Positions 26,665 through 36,146 of a stretch of 61,237 nt of DNA are shown here, in pieces (within the stretch, counting starts at the first letter, position 1; each line of letters opens with the position of its first letter). The notes beneath the pieces are model-generated. The model saw nothing but the letters and a program-made list of their open reading frames with translations, had not been told where the DNA came from and did no database searches. The stretch covers positions 1 to 61,237 of the forward strand of contig CAZSIC010000005.1 in NCBI GenBank assembly GCA_964606845.1, given 5' to 3'. Origin of the DNA: an uncultured Bacteroidales bacterium (GTDB lineage Bacteria; Bacteroidota; Bacteroidia; Bacteroidales; UBA12077). The position numbers and the translations under genes are program-made.

Positions 26665-26670
26665 ACTTTT

Positions 26671-27921
26671 TTATAAATCCAGCAACATTTCATCCGCATT
26701 ATTAGCGCCCAATAAAAGTTTGTAAGGCGACTCGAGCAATTCTTTGACTTTCACTAAAAATCCTACCGAATCTTTGCCATCAATGGTACGGTGGTCGTAC
26801 GATAAGGCAATGTACATCATTGGCCTGATTTCCACTTTACCGTTTATAGCAACAGGCCGCTCCTGGATGTTATGCATTCCTAAAATACCCGATTGTGGCG
26901 GATTTAAAATAGGAGTGGAGAGGAGCGATCCAAAAACACCACCATTGGTAATGGTAAACGTGCCTCCGGATAAATCGTCGATGGAAATTCTTCCTGCACG
27001 CCCTTTATCAGCCAGCTCTTTAATTTTTAGTTCCAGCTCTGCCAAACTCATTGTTTCAGCATTGCGAATAACAGGCACCATTAATCCTTTGGGTATTTGG
27101 ACTGCTATTCCAATATCAGCATAGTCTGGATAAATAATTTCTTCGCCATCTATCTGGGAATTTACCGAAGGAAAAGCTTTTAACGCAATGGTAACCGCTT
27201 TGGTAAAAAATGACATAAAGCCTAATTTTATCTCATGCTTTTCTATGAATTGTTTCTGATATTTTTTGCGCAATGCAATGATCCCGGCCATATCAGCTTC
27301 GTTAAAGGTCGTGAGCATGGCTGTTTCGTTTTTTACCGAAACTAATCGCTGGCTCAGCTTTTTGCGCAATTGCGACATTTTTTTCCTTTCTACATCTCTT
27401 GTTCCTTCTTCTTTGGGTGAAATATCTTTAGAACCTGATGGTTGTGATAATGCCTGTTCTACTTCCAGTTTCCCTATTCGTTTAAGTCCGTTAATTACAT
27501 CCTCAATATTAATGTTTCTTTCTTGCATCATTTTTTGTGCCACGGGCGACACCTTTACATTTTTATATTCTGTGTTTTCTGTTGAATCTTTTTCTGGTTT
27601 ATCTGCCTTTTGTTCTTTTTTTTCCTTATCCTTATCGGGTTTCGTTTCTTGTTTTGTTTCTTTTGTCTCTTTTGTTTCTTTCGGCTTAGCCGATGTATCT
27701 ATTTTACAGGCTAAAGTTCCTACTTTTATAGTTTCTCCTACAGGAGCAATAATTTCAATGGTACCGCTTTCGGGAGCAATAAGCGGTAAGGTTGCTTTAT
27801 CCGATTCTATCTCAGCTATTTCCTGGTCTTTTTCTACATACTCACCATTTTCTACCAACCAGTTTGAAATTTCTACTTCGGTAATCGATTCGCCGGGACT
27901 TGGGATTTTTATTTCAATCAT
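26671..27921 (-). CDS. sucB: 2-oxoglutarate dehydrogenase E2, dihydrolipoyllysine-residue succinyltransferase
   Basis: Lipoyl domain with 'EIESDKATL', a Lys/Glu/Thr-rich linker, and a catalytic domain with '[10 protein letters not shown]'. Confidence 0.95.
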   Translation of the reverse strand: MIEIKIPSPGESITEVEISNWLVENGEYVEKDQEIAEIESDKATLPLIAPESGTIEIIAPVGETIKVGTLACKIDTSAKPKETKETKETKQETKPDKDKEKKEQKADKPEKDSTENTEYKNVKVSPVAQKMMQERNINIEDVINGLKRIGKLEVEQALSQPSGSKDISPKEEGTRDVERKKMSQLRKKLSQRLVSVKNETAMLTTFNEADMAGIIALRKKYQKQFIEKHEIKLGFMSFFTKAVTIALKAFPSVNSQIDGEEIIYPDYADIGIAVQIPKGLMVPVIRNAETMSLAELELKIKELADKGRAGRISIDDLSGGTFTITNGGVFGSLLSTPILNPPQSGILGMHNIQERPVAINGKVEIRPMMYIALSYDHRTIDGKDSVGFLVKVKELLESPYKLLLGANNADEMLLDL

Positions 27922-27955
27922 TTTTATATTTTTTTAATAATAATCTAATAAGAAA

Positions 27956-30757
27956 TTAAAGAAATTTTGTTTGATGTTTCAGGTCTAGCCTTGAGCTTCC
28001 AACTTCGCACTGTAAACCGCAGTATTTATTATTTAATTCGCAGGTACATTTTCTAAAAACTTTACCAATAATTTCTTGTTGGCCCAGAACATGCAATTTA
28101 TGTAATCCTACAGCAGGGCTTCCACTGGCTAGCCTTGCCAAAGGGATTATATCAATATTTTTAAATTTATCTTTCACATATCGCCAGGAGCCCATATTTT
28201 CAGGTTCTTCCTGCATCCATATCCATCGTAAAGTATTTGGGTATTTTTTTATGATTTTTTCAATTTCTTCTTCCGGCCAGGGATGCAATTGTTCAATACG
28301 GACAAGAGCAATATCCCTGGCATTATATTCTTCTTTCTTTTCAAGCAAATCATAATAAATTTTCCCTGTGCAAAAAATTACTCTTCTCACTTCTTTTGCT
28401 GTTACATTGTCATCATCAATAACTTCTTTAAATGATGCTGAAGATAGTTCGTCTAAACTGGACACACATTTCGGATGTCTAAGCAGGCTTTTGGGAGTAA
28501 AAATAACCAATGGATTTGCGAAATCTTTATGTACCTGCCTTCTTAAAACATGAAAAAAGTTAGCAGGGGTTGTTGGATTTACTATCTGCATATTGTTATT
28601 CGAACACAATACAAGGAAACGTTCCATTCGTGCGCTTGAGTGCTCGGGGCCCTGGCCTTCGTAACCATGAGGTAAAAATAATGTTATCCCGTTTTTTAAA
28701 CCCCATTTTTCTTCAGCAGAACTTATGTATTGATCAATAATGATTTGTGCAGCATTATTAAAGTCTCCAAACTGGGCTTCCCAAATAGTAAGCCCCTCGG
28801 GAACAGCCATTGCATATCCATATTCAAAACCCAATACTCCATATTCTGATAATGGCGAATTAAAAACATGAAAAGGAGCCTGTTTTTTACTTATATGTTT
28901 TAATGGAATATATTTTTGATCGCTGTCTTCAATGGTTAAGGTCGAATGTCTGTGAGAAAATGTTCCGCGTTCCGAATCCTGGCCACTTAATCGTACCGGA
29001 TGGCCTTCGTCAACCAGTGTCCCGTAAGCCAGTAATTCTGCCATACCCCAGTCTAGTTTCTCATTTTCAATCATTTTATTCCGATCTTCAATAAGTTTCT
29101 CTACTTTTTTAAAGAATTTCAAATCTTTGGGTAAATGATTGATTTTTGAAGCGATTGATTTAAGCTTTTCTTTACTTAAAGCTGTAATAGGTTTTTTTTC
29201 TATACTTGAATATTTAGCCTCATCAAATTTTTTCCAATCTTCAATTAAAAACTGTTTGATTGAAAGTTTATCAGATTTTTTAGCAATACTAAGCTTTTCC
29301 TCCAATAACTCATTATATTCCTTTTCGGATTTTTTAATATCATCCTTGGTACAAATACCTTTTTCAATTAAAAATTTGCTGTAAATATCTCTTGGATTAG
29401 GGTGCTTGCTAATTTCTTTATAAAGTAAAGGCTGGGTAAATCTGGGCTCATCACCTTCGTTATGCCCGTGTTTCCTGTAGCACAAGATATCAATAAATAC
29501 ATCAGTATGAAAAGTTTGCCTGTATTCCATGGCAAGCTGGATGGTATAAATCAGTGCTTCAGCATCGTCGCCATTAACGTGGAATATAGGCGATTTAGTT
29601 ACTTTAGCAATATCAGTACAATAGGTGCTTGAACGGGCATCTAAGTAATTGGTAGTAAATCCAACCTGGTTATTAATCACCAGGTGAATGGTTCCACCAG
29701 TTCTGTAACCTTTTAATTGCGACATTTGAATGGTTTCATAAACCACTCCCTGAGCGGCAATAGCCGCATCGCCATGAATAATAATAGGTGCCAGTTTGTT
29801 ATAATCGTGATCGTATTTACCCCAAATTTTTGCTTTGGCAATTCCTTGCACTACTGGGCCTACAGCTTCCAGGTGTGAAGGGTTGGGAGCTAAATTTAAA
29901 CGTACATTTTTGCCAGTATCTGTTTTTACCGTATTACCGTAGCCTAAATGGTATTTTACATCACCAAGCTCAATATTTTCGTCATACTCTTCGCCTAAAA
30001 ATTCGGCAAAAATATCTTCAACAGGTTTTTCCAAAATATTAGCCAGAATATTTAATCGGCCTCGATGCGACATACCGATAATAAATTCCTGAATTCCCAT
30101 CTCAGAACCTTTTTCTATTACAGCATCAAGGGCTGGAATGAGCGACTCAGCCCCCTCTAATGAAAACCGTTTTTGTCCGATGAATTTGCGATGGATAAAA
30201 TTTTCAAATCCTACCGCTTGTTTCAAATGATGGTATATATGTTTACGCTCTTTAGGCGAAAAATTAGGAATGTTCTTTTGGCTTTCCATTTTCATTTGTA
30301 ACCAGCTGATAACTTCTGGATTACGAATAAACATGTACTCAGCACCTATGGATTGACAATAGGTTGTTTCCAGGTGGTTAACAATTTCACTTAGTGATGC
30401 TGCACCAATACCAATATTCTTTCCTGCCTGAAAAACGGCATCTAAATCCGATTCGTTTAGATCATAATTTTCTAAAGCAAGTGTAGGTGAATATTTTCTT
30501 CTTGTTCTTACCGGATTGGTTTTGGTGAAAAGATGCCCGCGTTTACGGTATCCTTCAATTAAATTGATGACTTTAAATTCGTTATCGAATAATTTGCCCG
30601 TTTGGCTTGAAACAGGATAATTTTTTTGAGCAAATTCAAATCCTTCAAAAAATTTTTGCCATTGATCATTAACACTTGTGGGGTCAGATTTATATTGTTC
30701 GAAAAGTTTGTCGATTACTCCAATTTCGGAATTACCTGTATATGAAAACTTATCCAT
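27956..30757 (-). CDS. sucA: 2-oxoglutarate dehydrogenase E1 component
   Basis: 933 aa. Contains 'GMSHRGRLN', 'HGDAA.AAQGVV.E' and 'CYR..GHNE.DEP.FTQP', and sits directly upstream of sucB. Confidence 0.95.
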   Translation of the reverse strand: MDKFSYTGNSEIGVIDKLFEQYKSDPTSVNDQWQKFFEGFEFAQKNYPVSSQTGKLFDNEFKVINLIEGYRKRGHLFTKTNPVRTRRKYSPTLALENYDLNESDLDAVFQAGKNIGIGAASLSEIVNHLETTYCQSIGAEYMFIRNPEVISWLQMKMESQKNIPNFSPKERKHIYHHLKQAVGFENFIHRKFIGQKRFSLEGAESLIPALDAVIEKGSEMGIQEFIIGMSHRGRLNILANILEKPVEDIFAEFLGEEYDENIELGDVKYHLGYGNTVKTDTGKNVRLNLAPNPSHLEAVGPVVQGIAKAKIWGKYDHDYNKLAPIIIHGDAAIAAQGVVYETIQMSQLKGYRTGGTIHLVINNQVGFTTNYLDARSSTYCTDIAKVTKSPIFHVNGDDAEALIYTIQLAMEYRQTFHTDVFIDILCYRKHGHNEGDEPRFTQPLLYKEISKHPNPRDIYSKFLIEKGICTKDDIKKSEKEYNELLEEKLSIAKKSDKLSIKQFLIEDWKKFDEAKYSSIEKKPITALSKEKLKSIASKINHLPKDLKFFKKVEKLIEDRNKMIENEKLDWGMAELLAYGTLVDEGHPVRLSGQDSERGTFSHRHSTLTIEDSDQKYIPLKHISKKQAPFHVFNSPLSEYGVLGFEYGYAMAVPEGLTIWEAQFGDFNNAAQIIIDQYISSAEEKWGLKNGITLFLPHGYEGQGPEHSSARMERFLVLCSNNNMQIVNPTTPANFFHVLRRQVHKDFANPLVIFTPKSLLRHPKCVSSLDELSSASFKEVIDDDNVTAKEVRRVIFCTGKIYYDLLEKKEEYNARDIALVRIEQLHPWPEEEIEKIIKKYPNTLRWIWMQEEPENMGSWRYVKDKFKNIDIIPLARLASGSPAVGLHKLHVLGQQEIIGKVFRKCTCELNNKYCGLQCEVGSSRLDLKHQTKFL

Positions 30758-31111
30758 CTTTAATTACTGTAAAAATAGGTTTATTTTATGTTTATTAATT
30801 TTGCTTAACCCTTAATTAAATCAGACATTAAAATTAATTAAAAACATTCGATTGCAACAGCTTTTTAATGATTTGTTGTATGTATAACACTGAACAAAAT
30901 AATTTTAAGAATGTTTATTAATCCCTGTAATTAATAAATAAATTCTTCTTTTGCTGTAAATTAATATTTTAGGTGATAATTATTATTCATTTGGTTATTT
31001 AATCCAAATATTTTTTTCAACAACCTTGAATTTTGATTTTATCTTTATTTAAAACAATTATTTCTTTATTTAATATTTTCGTAATTTTATGAACTACAAA
31101 TCTAAATTGAA

Positions 31112-32908
31112 ATGAAATTACGAATTTTTATTATTATAACGCTTTGTATTACAGTAATTTTTGATCTTGTTGCCCAACCATATAAATATGCTGTAAATGA
31201 TGAGGGAGAAAGAACTTTTCGAGATGGACAATTAATAATTAAAGAAGGTGTGCCTTTTTTAACAGTCCAAGGAAGTCCATACGAGGCAGGATTACAATAT
31301 GGAGTATTGCTTAATGATTATTTGTTGAAAATGGATCATACGATTGACAGCCTCGTAGAAAATTATATAGGTGGTTTTTTCTTAAAAAAATGGATCGCCA
31401 ATGCTGCAATTGGTTTTAAAATAAGGAAAATAGAGAAAACCATGCCCGACTACTTTATCAGAGAATTTGAAGGAATGGCCGAGGGTAGTGATTTATCGTT
31501 GAAAGAGATTAAAACACTGGCCTATTTCCCACAATTGTTTTTTAAAATTAGCTGTTCGGCATTTATATTAAAAAATGAAAGCCATTTGGTGCATGGCAGA
31601 AATTTAGACTGGCCGGGAATTGAAGTTTTAACACATTTTCCATTAGTTGTAAATTATCATATCACAGGAAAAAAACCTGTTACGAACCTGACTTTTATCG
31701 GGTATCCTGGCGTTTATACCGGAATGAATCATACAGGCCTGAGTATGTCGATTAATATGAACAGTGCACCCGCAGAAAATGGGAAAGCTATTGACGATTA
31801 TAATATCGATATGCCACTGGCTTTTAAATTACGTGATATTTTGGGCAATGCTGAAGATATTGCAGGTGTTGATAAAATGTTTGAGGGTTACAGTTCTCAT
31901 GCCTGGTTTATTACTGTAGGCAGTAAATCTGATTTTTCGGGTGCAATTTATGAATTAACCCGTGGCAGAGTAATAAAAAATGAGATGCACAGTAATTTTT
32001 TAGCTGTTGCAAATCTATCATTGTCTGATGTTGGAAGATATCAATACAGCCCGGTTAGTATGTTTAACCAGTCGAATATATCAAGAGAAAGGAAGTTAAA
32101 AGAGTTGAATGAAAAAATACATCATACGGATTTAGTAGAGAAAAGCCATCAAATATTATCCTGTACCGAAAATCATGACATGAAACATAATCCTTTTTTT
32201 ACCAATAGTATCAATAACTATATTACCGTTAAAAGTTGCATTATGGATAATATGAATGGAATAATTTATTTTGCTTATGATGAAAATTTAGCGGCATATA
32301 ATAAATATCTAGAATATGATATTCATTCAGGTACTGTAGATCTTTTTAAAGAAAAAAAGAATTTTGTGGGCGAAGAATATTTTTCTGAACGGTTGGAATA
32401 TCAGAACTGGTATATCCGCGAAATGTCTGAAAAGAAAAAATTAACTGAACAAGATTATAAAGAGATTATATCCAAAATAGAAAGTTTGAAACTAGAACCA
32501 TCTTATAACGCCCTCTTACTATCCCATTATTATTCGCAACTTAAAAATGATACCTTAGCATTTAGGTATGCAGAGGATTATATTGAATTGCAACCGGATT
32601 ACTATCATTCCTATTACAACAAATTCAGAATAATGAAGGATAAAGGGAATTATATGGATGCAATTGTTGCATTGGAAGAGATGTTGCAAACATCAACCAC
32701 AACACCTTCTGATACTTATCTTGCATACATGAATATGATTAAAATGTATGATAAGTTGCTGGAAACGGATGCGGATACTATATATATCAAAAAAATTAAC
32801 AATTTGGTGGATAAAATCAACTATGAATTAAACCAATATTTTAAAGATGATAAAACGCTGGAAGATATTGAATTGATTGATAATATAGTAAAAAAATATG
32901 CAGAATAG
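31112..32908 (+). CDS. Secreted Ntn-hydrolase (peptidase C45 / acyl-CoA:6-APA acyltransferase-like) fused to a C-terminal TPR-like region
   Basis: Signal peptide. Candidate nucleophile 'SCSAF', followed by 'HGRNLDWPG'. The C-terminal ~170 aa is helical-repeat. Confidence 0.6.
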   Translation: MKLRIFIIITLCITVIFDLVAQPYKYAVNDEGERTFRDGQLIIKEGVPFLTVQGSPYEAGLQYGVLLNDYLLKMDHTIDSLVENYIGGFFLKKWIANAAIGFKIRKIEKTMPDYFIREFEGMAEGSDLSLKEIKTLAYFPQLFFKISCSAFILKNESHLVHGRNLDWPGIEVLTHFPLVVNYHITGKKPVTNLTFIGYPGVYTGMNHTGLSMSINMNSAPAENGKAIDDYNIDMPLAFKLRDILGNAEDIAGVDKMFEGYSSHAWFITVGSKSDFSGAIYELTRGRVIKNEMHSNFLAVANLSLSDVGRYQYSPVSMFNQSNISRERKLKELNEKIHHTDLVEKSHQILSCTENHDMKHNPFFTNSINNYITVKSCIMDNMNGIIYFAYDENLAAYNKYLEYDIHSGTVDLFKEKKNFVGEEYFSERLEYQNWYIREMSEKKKLTEQDYKEIISKIESLKLEPSYNALLLSHYYSQLKNDTLAFRYAEDYIELQPDYYHSYYNKFRIMKDKGNYMDAIVALEEMLQTSTTTPSDTYLAYMNMIKMYDKLLETDADTIYIKKINNLVDKINYELNQYFKDDKTLEDIELIDNIVKKYAE

Positions 32909-32909
32909 A

Positions 32910-33665
32910 ATGAATGGTTTAACCGAAAAAATACAGCAAGCTGTTAATATAATTACAAAATCGAAGTATGCGATTGCATATACCGGCGCAGGTATTTCTG
33001 TTGAAAGCGGAATTCCTCCCTTTAGAGGCAAAGAAGGATTATGGGATAAATATGACCCTAAATATCTTGACCTGGATTATTTTTTAGTAAATTCCTATAA
33101 ATCATGGATTGTAATTAAGGAGATATTTTATAATTTTTTCGGCAGTGCTAAACCCAATGCGGCACATATTGGTTTGGCCGAAATGGAAAAAATGGGTTTA
33201 ATAAAAGCCATTGTTACTCAAAATATTGACAATTTACATACCGATGCAGGAAGTATGGAAGTTTACGAATTTCATGGCAACTCCAGAGCGTTAATTTGTT
33301 TAAATGATGGTAGCCGCTATAAAATATCTGAGATGGATTTAGATAATTTGCCTCCTAAATGTACAAACTGTGGAAAGGTATTAAAACCTGATTTTATATT
33401 TTTTGGTGAGCAAATTCCTGAAATTGCCCATCGAAAATCGTTCGAAGCAGCAAAAAATTGCGACATTGTAATTGTTGTTGGCTCAACAGGTGAAGTAGTG
33501 CCTGCTGCATATGTTCCACAAATTGCTAAACAAAATGGTGCATTTATTATTGAAATTAACCCTGAAAAATCGTATTTTACAGATTCTATTACCGATTTAT
33601 TCATAAAAGGAAAAGCATCTGAAGTAATTAAAGCAATAAGTCATCACTTAAAAAAGAATCAATGA
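32910..33665 (+). CDS. cobB: NAD-dependent protein deacylase, Sir2 family
   Basis: 'GAGISVESGIPPFRG', 'TQNIDNLH', the catalytic 'EFHGN', and 'CTNCGKVLKPDFIFFGE'. The start at 32910 ('MNGLTEK') avoids overlapping the upstream stop. Confidence 0.9.
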   Translation: MNGLTEKIQQAVNIITKSKYAIAYTGAGISVESGIPPFRGKEGLWDKYDPKYLDLDYFLVNSYKSWIVIKEIFYNFFGSAKPNAAHIGLAEMEKMGLIKAIVTQNIDNLHTDAGSMEVYEFHGNSRALICLNDGSRYKISEMDLDNLPPKCTNCGKVLKPDFIFFGEQIPEIAHRKSFEAAKNCDIVIVVGSTGEVVPAAYVPQIAKQNGAFIIEINPEKSYFTDSITDLFIKGKASEVIKAISHHLKKNQ

Positions 33666-33877
33666 TATATTTTAAATTAGGAGAAAATACTGAATTTATA
33701 GAATTAATAAAACTGTTAAAAGTAACTAACATTTGCTCAAGTGGAGGCGAGGCAAAACATATGGTTGATATGGGCGAAGTAAAATTAAACGGAGAACTTG
33801 AAAGTCGGAAAAGGGCAAAGTTAAGAACAGGTGACAAAATTGAAGTTTTTAATGAAGTTATTGAAATAAAAAAATAA
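33662..33877 (+). CDS. S4-domain RNA-binding protein (YbcJ-like)
   Basis: 'GGEAKHMVDMGEVKLNGELESRKRAKLRTGDKIE'. Its start overlaps the Sir2 stop in an ATGA motif. Confidence 0.8.
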   Translation: MIYFKLGENTEFIELIKLLKVTNICSSGGEAKHMVDMGEVKLNGELESRKRAKLRTGDKIEVFNEVIEIKK

Positions 33878-33893
33878 TTTAAAATTTAAGATT

Positions 33894-34436
33894 ATGGCAT
33901 TTATAGATTTAGCAAAGCAACGTTATTCGTGTAGGAAATATTTAGATAAACCAATTGAAAAAACATTATTGCTCCAGGTGCTGGAAGCTGGCAGAGTAGC
34001 CCCCTCTGCTAAAAATAAGCAACCCTGGCATTTTGTTGTTATTCAAGAAAAAGAAAACCTGGATAAAATTAAAAGTTGTTATGGACGGGAGTGGATAAAA
34101 TCTGCACCAACCATAATTGTTCTTTGTGGCGACCACAGGCAAGCCTGGCGGCGATCAGATGGAAAAATTCATACCGATATTGATATTTCTATTGCAATTG
34201 ACCATATGACATTAGCTGCAACAGATATTGGTTTAGGCACCTGCTGGGTTTGTAAATTCGATGTAATGAAATGTGCCCATATATTGGAATTGCCCGAAGG
34301 TGTAGAACCTGTCGCATTGCTTCCTATTGGTTATCCTGCTGATGAAGTAGATATTAACCGTCACGAACAATTAAGAAAACCTATCAGTGAGGTAATTCAT
34401 TGGGAAAAATTTTATTATAAACCATTCAAGCGATAA
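33894..34436 (+). CDS. Nitroreductase-family (FMN) oxidoreductase, paralogue of 17714-18283
   Basis: 'RYSCRKY...GRVAPSAKNKQPWHFVVI'. Confidence 0.85.
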   Translation: MAFIDLAKQRYSCRKYLDKPIEKTLLLQVLEAGRVAPSAKNKQPWHFVVIQEKENLDKIKSCYGREWIKSAPTIIVLCGDHRQAWRRSDGKIHTDIDISIAIDHMTLAATDIGLGTCWVCKFDVMKCAHILELPEGVEPVALLPIGYPADEVDINRHEQLRKPISEVIHWEKFYYKPFKR

Positions 34437-34456
34437 CAATTTTATTTTTTAAATAG

Positions 34457-34485
34457 AAAAGCCGGATTATGACTCCGGCTTTTTT
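34457..34485. terminator. Bidirectional rho-independent terminator
   Basis: 7-bp stem AGCCGGA (34460-34466) / TCCGGCT (34474-34480). An A4 run lies upstream and a T5 run downstream. Confidence 0.75.
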
Positions 34486-34497
34486 CATTAATAAAGA

Positions 34498-35232
34498 TTA
34501 ATCAATGATCTCATTTAATAATCGGTTCATATTTTCAAAATGGGAACCTTCCCAGTAAATTTTTTGGCATGAATTACATTGATAAAATTGTTTAAAATTG
34601 TTCCTGGTTTTTTCTAAAAGCAAGTGTTTTATTTTATTTTTTTCTACCTTTTTAATAGTTCCATTACAAACGGTGCATCGTGAAAAGGGTTTGATTTTAT
34701 TCTTTAAATCAAAGCGGTGTATTATTTCTTTGAGTTGGTTTTTTGAATCCTGAGAACGCACGTAGTAACCATGGGTAACTTTTTTATGTTTCAGTATTCC
34801 GTAATCGCGGGTAAGAATAATTCGATTTTCTTTTATTGATTTTTTAATAATTTCCAAATCTGTTAAAACATTGGTATAGTAGGAATCAAATCCTAATAAT
34901 CGTAAATATTTGGCCAACTGGCCTAAATGTACATCTAAAATAAATTTTATTTTTCTTAATGGTTCTTCTCTAACTTTTGTTATCTGTGAAATATCCAAGC
35001 TTTCGAATTTAGGATAAACAGAAATATAATCATTGGTTTTAAGATTGTAACTAAAATCTACCGGATTGCTATTTACCAAAATAAGGTCAACTTCCGTATG
35101 AGGGACTCCGAGTGCTTCAATCGTGTCTTTAACCGATGAATTTGCCTGTACATCGAAAAAGAAAGTTTTTTTTCTTTTTTCAGCAGGAAGAAAATCGTTT
35201 AATTCCTCGTAGAACCGAATTGATATTTGCAT
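34498..35232 (-). CDS. Mut7-C (DUF82) PIN-like RNase with N-terminal ubiquitin-like domain and C-terminal zinc ribbon
   Basis: 'IRFYEELNDFLP' begins a beta-grasp N-terminus. 'FILDVHLG.LA.YLRLLGFD' and 'RIILTRD' follow. CxxC pairs are 'CTVCNG' and 'CNSCQK'. The listed ORF extends to 35244, but the Met at 35232 is preferred. Confidence 0.75.
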   Translation of the reverse strand: MQISIRFYEELNDFLPAEKRKKTFFFDVQANSSVKDTIEALGVPHTEVDLILVNSNPVDFSYNLKTNDYISVYPKFESLDISQITKVREEPLRKIKFILDVHLGQLAKYLRLLGFDSYYTNVLTDLEIIKKSIKENRIILTRDYGILKHKKVTHGYYVRSQDSKNQLKEIIHRFDLKNKIKPFSRCTVCNGTIKKVEKNKIKHLLLEKTRNNFKQFYQCNSCQKIYWEGSHFENMNRLLNEIID

Positions 35233-35328
35233 AAAAAAAACCAATTAATAATTGACAAAATTAACTGGTTTTATAATAAATAAAGTACAATCGATGATAT
35301 TTTAATCAGATATAATTTTTATTGAAAT

Positions 35329-36135
35329 TTAAAATTTATAAGATAAACTAAAACCAGTAAATCCATTATTTGAATTAATATTAAAGCTATAGTTTGAGAA
35401 CATTTTTAATTTTTCATTTTCCAGCCCTTTGGAATATACCCATATTACATCTGCAATCCATAAAACGGCTCCTGAAATTAAAAATACTTCTGCATCGTTT
35501 GAAAACAACCAGTTTTTCGTTTGTGTTCCAATAACAATGGGAACTTCAATTGAACGTGTGCCATCTTCATAAGTTATTTCACCATCGTTATTAGAATCAT
35601 ATCTTTCGGTTCTATACTTTACACTCATAATAGGTTCTTGATGTCTTTCGTTTAAAGCGTAGACACCCAGCCCAACAAGACCTAAAGTTGAGATTGTTCT
35701 AAGATAGGGTTTAATAATCATGTCTTTGTGATTTTTTACAAAATAATCTCCCAGGCCGGGGATTAACATCGAAAGGTAAGCATTTTTCGAGCCTCCTTTT
35801 TTTATACCATTAACAATAATTTTGGGTTGTAATTTATGTGCAATGGTTATATCATCTTTGAAAACATCCCATTCAATGGTTTTATCTGATCCTGGATTGA
35901 TATTTTCACCAAAATCTCCATCTAATTTTTTAGGTACTTTTATGGTATATCTATCATCAATAAAAAATAGCTCAATATTATTGTTGTCACTATTTTCGTT
36001 GCTAATTAACTCATAATTTACAATTACCTTATTATCTTTTACCTTTAGATCAACATTTTTCACTTTTGCCTCCTGAGCTTTTGTGATAGGAGTAAAGATT
36101 GCAACTGTTAGTATAATAAAAATTATTTTTTTCAT
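35329..36135 (-). CDS. Exported/membrane protein, tandem paralogue 1 (Ig-like N-domain, two predicted TM helices, conserved C-terminal tail)
   Basis: Signal peptide. Shares 'ELFFIDDRY..KVPKKLDGDFGENINPG..KTIEWDVFKDD' and an identical 31-aa C-terminus with the adjacent gene. Confidence 0.75.
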   Translation of the reverse strand: MKKIIFIILTVAIFTPITKAQEAKVKNVDLKVKDNKVIVNYELISNENSDNNNIELFFIDDRYTIKVPKKLDGDFGENINPGSDKTIEWDVFKDDITIAHKLQPKIIVNGIKKGGSKNAYLSMLIPGLGDYFVKNHKDMIIKPYLRTISTLGLVGLGVYALNERHQEPIMSVKYRTERYDSNNDGEITYEDGTRSIEVPIVIGTQTKNWLFSNDAEVFLISGAVLWIADVIWVYSKGLENEKLKMFSNYSFNINSNNGFTGFSLSYKF

Positions 36136-36146
36136 TTATGTTTCAT

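Noticed and set aside
27590-27700. Short reiterated 'GTTTCTTTTGT'-type DNA repeats
   Set aside because: They simply encode the Lys/Glu/Thr-rich flexible linker ('[22 protein letters not shown]') of the sucB E2 protein. This is not an independent repeat element.
27266-27937. A 223-aa ORF on the plus strand (plus 26744-27124), antisense to sucB
   Set aside because: It lies entirely inside a gene with unmistakable E2 succinyltransferase motifs. The product is low-complexity ('[11 protein letters not shown]', Ser/Phe/Leu-rich), as expected from reading a Lys/Glu-rich linker backwards. Nothing supports a second coding layer.
32910-33665. The Sir2-domain gene as a possible anti-phage defence component (Thoeris/DSR/SIR2-HerA-like)
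   Set aside because: It is a short (~250 aa) classical sirtuin with a complete deacylase motif set and a zinc ribbon. It has no TIR, SLOG, HerA or other effector/sensor partner, and it sits among housekeeping-type genes.
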